From a bacterium (GTDB taxonomy: Bacteria; UBA8248), in the NCBI GenBank assembly GCA_965219955.1, contig OZ244799.1, positions 416,001-480,000 on the forward strand: a stretch of 64,000 nucleotides of DNA, read 5' to 3'. The notes beneath the pieces are model-generated. The model was not told the DNA's origin. It ran no database searches and was given only the letters and a program-made list of their open reading frames with translations. Numbering within the stretch: the first letter of the stretch is position 1; the number at the start of each line of letters is the position of its first letter. The translations under genes were made by a program, and so were the position numbers. Below, piece after piece: positions 60,655-64,000 of the stretch.

Positions 60655-61635
60655 TTAGTCAAAAGCGCCTTCCTGGCCGAACAACCCCCTTGGTCTCAAG
60701 AGAAGTATTACCGCCATCACGATGAAGAGCAGGATGTCGGAAGCCTTTTCCCAGAAATCGGGGCCGATCACCGTGCCCGTCCAGTTGTGAACCACGTATT
60801 GGGTTCTGCCCACCAGGGGCGTGAGCGCCCAGAGCTGGCCCAGAATCAGCCCGCCGATCACGGGGCCGATGAAGCTCCCCATGCCGCCCACGACGACCAC
60901 GATGAAGGTCTGCACCAGAATCAGTTCGCCCATCGTGGCGTCCACCGCGAACAGGGGGGCTATCATGACGCCGGAGAATCCGGCCAGGGCGATGCCCAGG
61001 CCGAACGTGAGGCGCCAGATGCGCGACACGTTGATGCCGAGAACTTTGACCATCGTGTTGTTGTTGGTGCCCGCGCGGATCATCATGCCCAGGTTCGTCT
61101 TGTAGATGAGCACCCAGAGCATGGCGACGAGAATCGCCGCGGTGATGATGGTGAAGCTCCTGTAGGCCGTGATGTCGAGCGTGCCCGTCTTGAAGAGCGA
61201 GAACTGGAACATCGGCGGGATGTTGAAGGGTTTTCCCGGCCTGCCCCAGAGCAAGCGGACGAAGTCCGGCAGAAAGATGGACATGCCGAACATGATCAGG
61301 ACGCCGGAGAACCGCTCGTTCTCCGTGTTGTAGATTCTGCTGATGACGTATCGTTCAAAAACCATCCCGAGGGCGAACATGACGATGGGAACGGAAGCGA
61401 GGGCCACGATGAACCCCGCGTTCGGCCCGAGAAAGGGTGAGAATATGAGGTCCGAGACCGTGAAGCCCACATACGCGCCCAGCATGTAGAAGGCGCCGTG
61501 CCCGAAATTGATGATGCCCATAAGACCGAATATGATCGAAAGACCCAGGGCCAGCAGAACCCAGAAGGAGCCCTGCACCAGACCCAGGAACAGGTGCTGG
61601 ACGAACTCCGAAAATTCAACACCTCCGGCTGCCAA
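60655..61635 (-). CDS. livH: LIV-type ABC permease
   Basis: AAGGAG RBS plus TTG; LGLSIIFG....INFGHG and GGMGS. Confidence 0.85.
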   Translation of the reverse strand: MAAGGVEFSEFVQHLFLGLVQGSFWVLLALGLSIIFGLMGIINFGHGAFYMLGAYVGFTVSDLIFSPFLGPNAGFIVALASVPIVMFALGMVFERYVISRIYNTENERFSGVLIMFGMSIFLPDFVRLLWGRPGKPFNIPPMFQFSLFKTGTLDITAYRSFTIITAAILVAMLWVLIYKTNLGMMIRAGTNNNTMVKVLGINVSRIWRLTFGLGIALAGFSGVMIAPLFAVDATMGELILVQTFIVVVVGGMGSFIGPVIGGLILGQLWALTPLVGRTQYVVHNWTGTVIGPDFWEKASDILLFIVMAVILLLRPRGLFGQEGAFD

Positions 61636-61719
61636 AATACGCTCCTTGAGAACGGGGAAGTCGCAAGAGTGCAATGTCTAGGATGAAACGCCGCCTTTGT
61701 CAAACGCCGTGAGGAAAAG

Positions 61720-61748
61720 CCGGGGCGGCTGAAATCCAGCCGCCCCGG
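61720..61748 (-). terminator. Intercistronic hairpin after the substrate-binding gene
   Basis: Perfect 12-bp stem CCGGGGCGGCTG/CAGCCGCCCCGG followed by CTTTT on the minus strand. Confidence 0.65.
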
Positions 61749-61781
61749 TCGGCGTCCGATGGTGTTTCGATGCGCTGTTTC

Positions 61782-63068
61782 CTAGGCCCTTCTCTCGCTG
61801 GCGGGTTCTTTCAGGCCTTTCGCCTCGCAGGAGACGGTGTTGCCCTCGCCGCTGGAGGAGCCGATGACTTCGATGTGGTCGAATTTATCCTTCATCTCGG
61901 CCTTGGATTTTCCGCGCATCACGAACACTTCCGAGATGCAGACGTGGTCGCAGGGGCGAATCTCGCACACGCCCTTGCTGTACTGGAATTTCTTGCCTTC
62001 GAGCACCTTCGCGAGCTTGAAGTGGTCGCGGCGCTTGTAGAGCTTGGTCTCTTTCGCCGTGTCCAGGATCAGCCGCGTGAGGTCGTGGGCGAGCATTCCG
62101 TAGCTCGAGCACGGCCGTTTGCGGCGCGCCAGGAACTTGTCGTTCAGCGTTTTGGCGGCCGGATACTTGCTCGCGAGAGAGGGGTGCCACATCATGGCCG
62201 CGTTGAAGCCCTCGTATGAACCGAGTCCGGCGGCCTCGGGCATGGTGATCTCGGTGGCGCCGAGGACGATCTTCACCTTCTTGTCGAGGCCGGCTTCACG
62301 CGCCTGCTTGACGAATGCGACCTGGCGCTGTCCCCAGTTGAGCGCGTAGACGACGTCGGGCTTCTCTTTCAGGATTCTCGGGAACGTCGCCGAATAGTCC
62401 ATCGAGGTCGGGAAGGGCACCCAGGAGACGGAGCTGTTCGCGTTCCAGGTGAGGTTGAAGTCCTTCGTCAGCTTCTCGAAGGCGGGGATGAACATCTTGG
62501 GCCAGATGTAGTCGTCGAACACGCAGTGGATTTTCTTGCCCAGGTTGTTCTTGGCGATATAGGTGAGCGAACTGGCGCAAAGCTGATACGGCGTGGTGTT
62601 CGCCGTGAAGAACAGGGGCGACATCTTCTTCGCGTTCCCCGGGGTGGACATGATGTGCTGGGGATAGTTCGCATAAATGATATTGCGCTTGCGGGAGAAC
62701 TCGTTCAGGCGCACTTCTTCGGGGCCGACCATGGAGCCCGCGAGGAAGTCGATCCTGTGGTTGTCGATCAAGTCGAGCGCGTGAGTGGTGGTCTGGTCCC
62801 ATTTGAACTGGTCGTCACGGAAGAGCAGCTTGACTTCGCGCCCGTCCACGCCGCCTTCCTTGTTGACGTCCTCGATGGCGATCTTGACGCCTTCCACCTG
62901 GTCGAACGCCTCGGTGGAGTAGGGGCCCGTCGTCGGGTGGATGGAACCCCACTTGATCGGCCGGGCGCCGAGTCCCTCTCTCAGAAACGGGGGCGCCGCC
63001 TGCGCGGCGACGATGCCGCCGATGAGGCCTGCGCCTTTCAGGAATTTTCTTCTGTCCAAACGACTCAT
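61782..63068 (-). CDS. Tat-exported LivK-like substrate-binding protein
   Basis: AGGAGG RBS; DRRKFLK twin-arginine signal; TGPYS, N..GGV.GR and RDD. Confidence 0.88.
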   Translation of the reverse strand: MSRLDRRKFLKGAGLIGGIVAAQAAPPFLREGLGARPIKWGSIHPTTGPYSTEAFDQVEGVKIAIEDVNKEGGVDGREVKLLFRDDQFKWDQTTTHALDLIDNHRIDFLAGSMVGPEEVRLNEFSRKRNIIYANYPQHIMSTPGNAKKMSPLFFTANTTPYQLCASSLTYIAKNNLGKKIHCVFDDYIWPKMFIPAFEKLTKDFNLTWNANSSVSWVPFPTSMDYSATFPRILKEKPDVVYALNWGQRQVAFVKQAREAGLDKKVKIVLGATEITMPEAAGLGSYEGFNAAMMWHPSLASKYPAAKTLNDKFLARRKRPCSSYGMLAHDLTRLILDTAKETKLYKRRDHFKLAKVLEGKKFQYSKGVCEIRPCDHVCISEVFVMRGKSKAEMKDKFDHIEVIGSSSGEGNTVSCEAKGLKEPASERRA

Positions 63069-63390
63069 GAATCTTCCTCCTTGTGGTGAATGAATGACAT
63101 GAGGACGTTGCATGTATTGCTGCCAATGCCCCTTTGATATGGTTTCGATGCGGAAATCATAGAATCTGGGCATGGCGATGTCAACAACTCAAAAACGGGG
63201 GATTTCCGGCTTTACTATGCAGACAATTTCGTGAGCGGACCGGCGCGTCGGGACGCATTCTTTTTGACATTCAAGAACGCTTGTGTCTCTTATGCCGGGT
63301 CATGCGGCGGACCGTTTTCTCGCCATACGGACTTCGCGGATCATCATCGGTCATCATACATGGAATGATCATCTTTCGAGGAGTATTACA

Positions 63391-63822
63391 ATGTTCAAGA
63401 AGATTCATCACGTGGGACTCATCACGGACGACATGGAGCGAACCACCAAGATGTTCCAGGAAAAGCTCGGCTGCGAGCCGAACCGCGTGCAGGTGGCCGA
63501 CACCGGCTGGGCGCACGCCACGTTCCTGAGGATGGGCGACGTGGAAATCGAGATCATGCAGCCCTACGACCCGGAGAACCTCTACACGAAGATGCTCGAG
63601 CGAAACGGCGGCCCCTGCCTCTCGCACATCGCGCTTTCGGCGCCCGATACGGGCGCGGCGGGCAGGTACTTCACGGACAGCGGCGTGCAGTTCCTGGACG
63701 GCTTCGGCCCGGGCACCTACACCCCCAGAGGGTATGAAATCCTCTTCTTACACCCCGATGAGACCGAAGGCATCGTGATACAGGTGGCCTCCGACGTCCC
63801 CGCAAAGGAATTGGGGTATTGA
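63391..63822 (+). CDS. VOC protein, methylmalonyl-CoA epimerase-like
   Basis: IHHVG, IEIMQP, LSHIAL and FLHP....G. Confidence 0.8.
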   Translation: MFKKIHHVGLITDDMERTTKMFQEKLGCEPNRVQVADTGWAHATFLRMGDVEIEIMQPYDPENLYTKMLERNGGPCLSHIALSAPDTGAAGRYFTDSGVQFLDGFGPGTYTPRGYEILFLHPDETEGIVIQVASDVPAKELGY

Positions 63823-63861
63823 GACTATGCGGCAAGAATGAACGGGCGCTTCTCTGCTTTG

Positions 63862-64000
63862 GGGGCTGTTGGAAACACCTGTTTCGGGATTGGTGGCATG
63901 GAGGTTCATACGGCGCAGGCGCGATGGTTTTGTAGGGACAGGCCTCCGTGCCTGTCCTGCCCTTCGTGGTTGTCCTTCGTCAGGACAGGCACGGAGGCCT
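63862..64000. repeat. IS-like left end plus GTAG REP pair, truncated by the window end
   Basis: GGGGCTGTTGGAAA; GTAGGGACAGGCCTCCGTGCCTGTCC; related to 20826-20893. Confidence 0.75.

Overview
GC-rich bacterial chromosomal window with about 55 protein-coding genes. I found no rRNA, tRNA, CRISPR array, transposase or integrase. Housekeeping and catabolic content: a complete mrpABCDEFG Na+/H+ antiporter operon, an Fe3+/organophosphate-type ABC transporter, a LIV-type ABC transporter, an OmpR/BaeSR-type two-component pair, arsC plus an aquaglyceroporin, msrB, asparaginase and many small-molecule enzymes (LLM, four VOC, ACAD, M20, ThDP enzyme, divergent acyl-CoA ligase alpha/beta). Accessory content: vapBC, HTH-MNT/HEPN-like pair, orphan MNT, DenV-like glycosylase, T5orf172/GIY-YIG protein, MORN-repeat secreted protein and a frameshifted SulP. 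Most notable observations: (1) a three-gene redox cluster at 11.5-14 kb, made of a 4-His membrane protein, a SoxA/TsdA-like His/Cys monoheme cytochrome wrapped in 15 NPC motifs, and a diheme cytochrome c; (2) a dense, modular intergenic repeat system in which at least five palindromic repeat families are shuffled inside IS-like GGGGYTGTTGAAAAA...TTTTTCAACARCCCC termini, with compensatory base changes between copies; (3) three sites where inserted DNA is bounded by duplicated pieces of a neighbouring gene's promoter or start; (4) a signal-less BtuF-like gene paired with a Cys-cluster/Dph6-like amidoligase fusion. The gene and repeat repertoire resembles host-associated (for example sponge-symbiont) heterotrophs, but that is inference only. 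All family calls come from motif recognition, not database searches.
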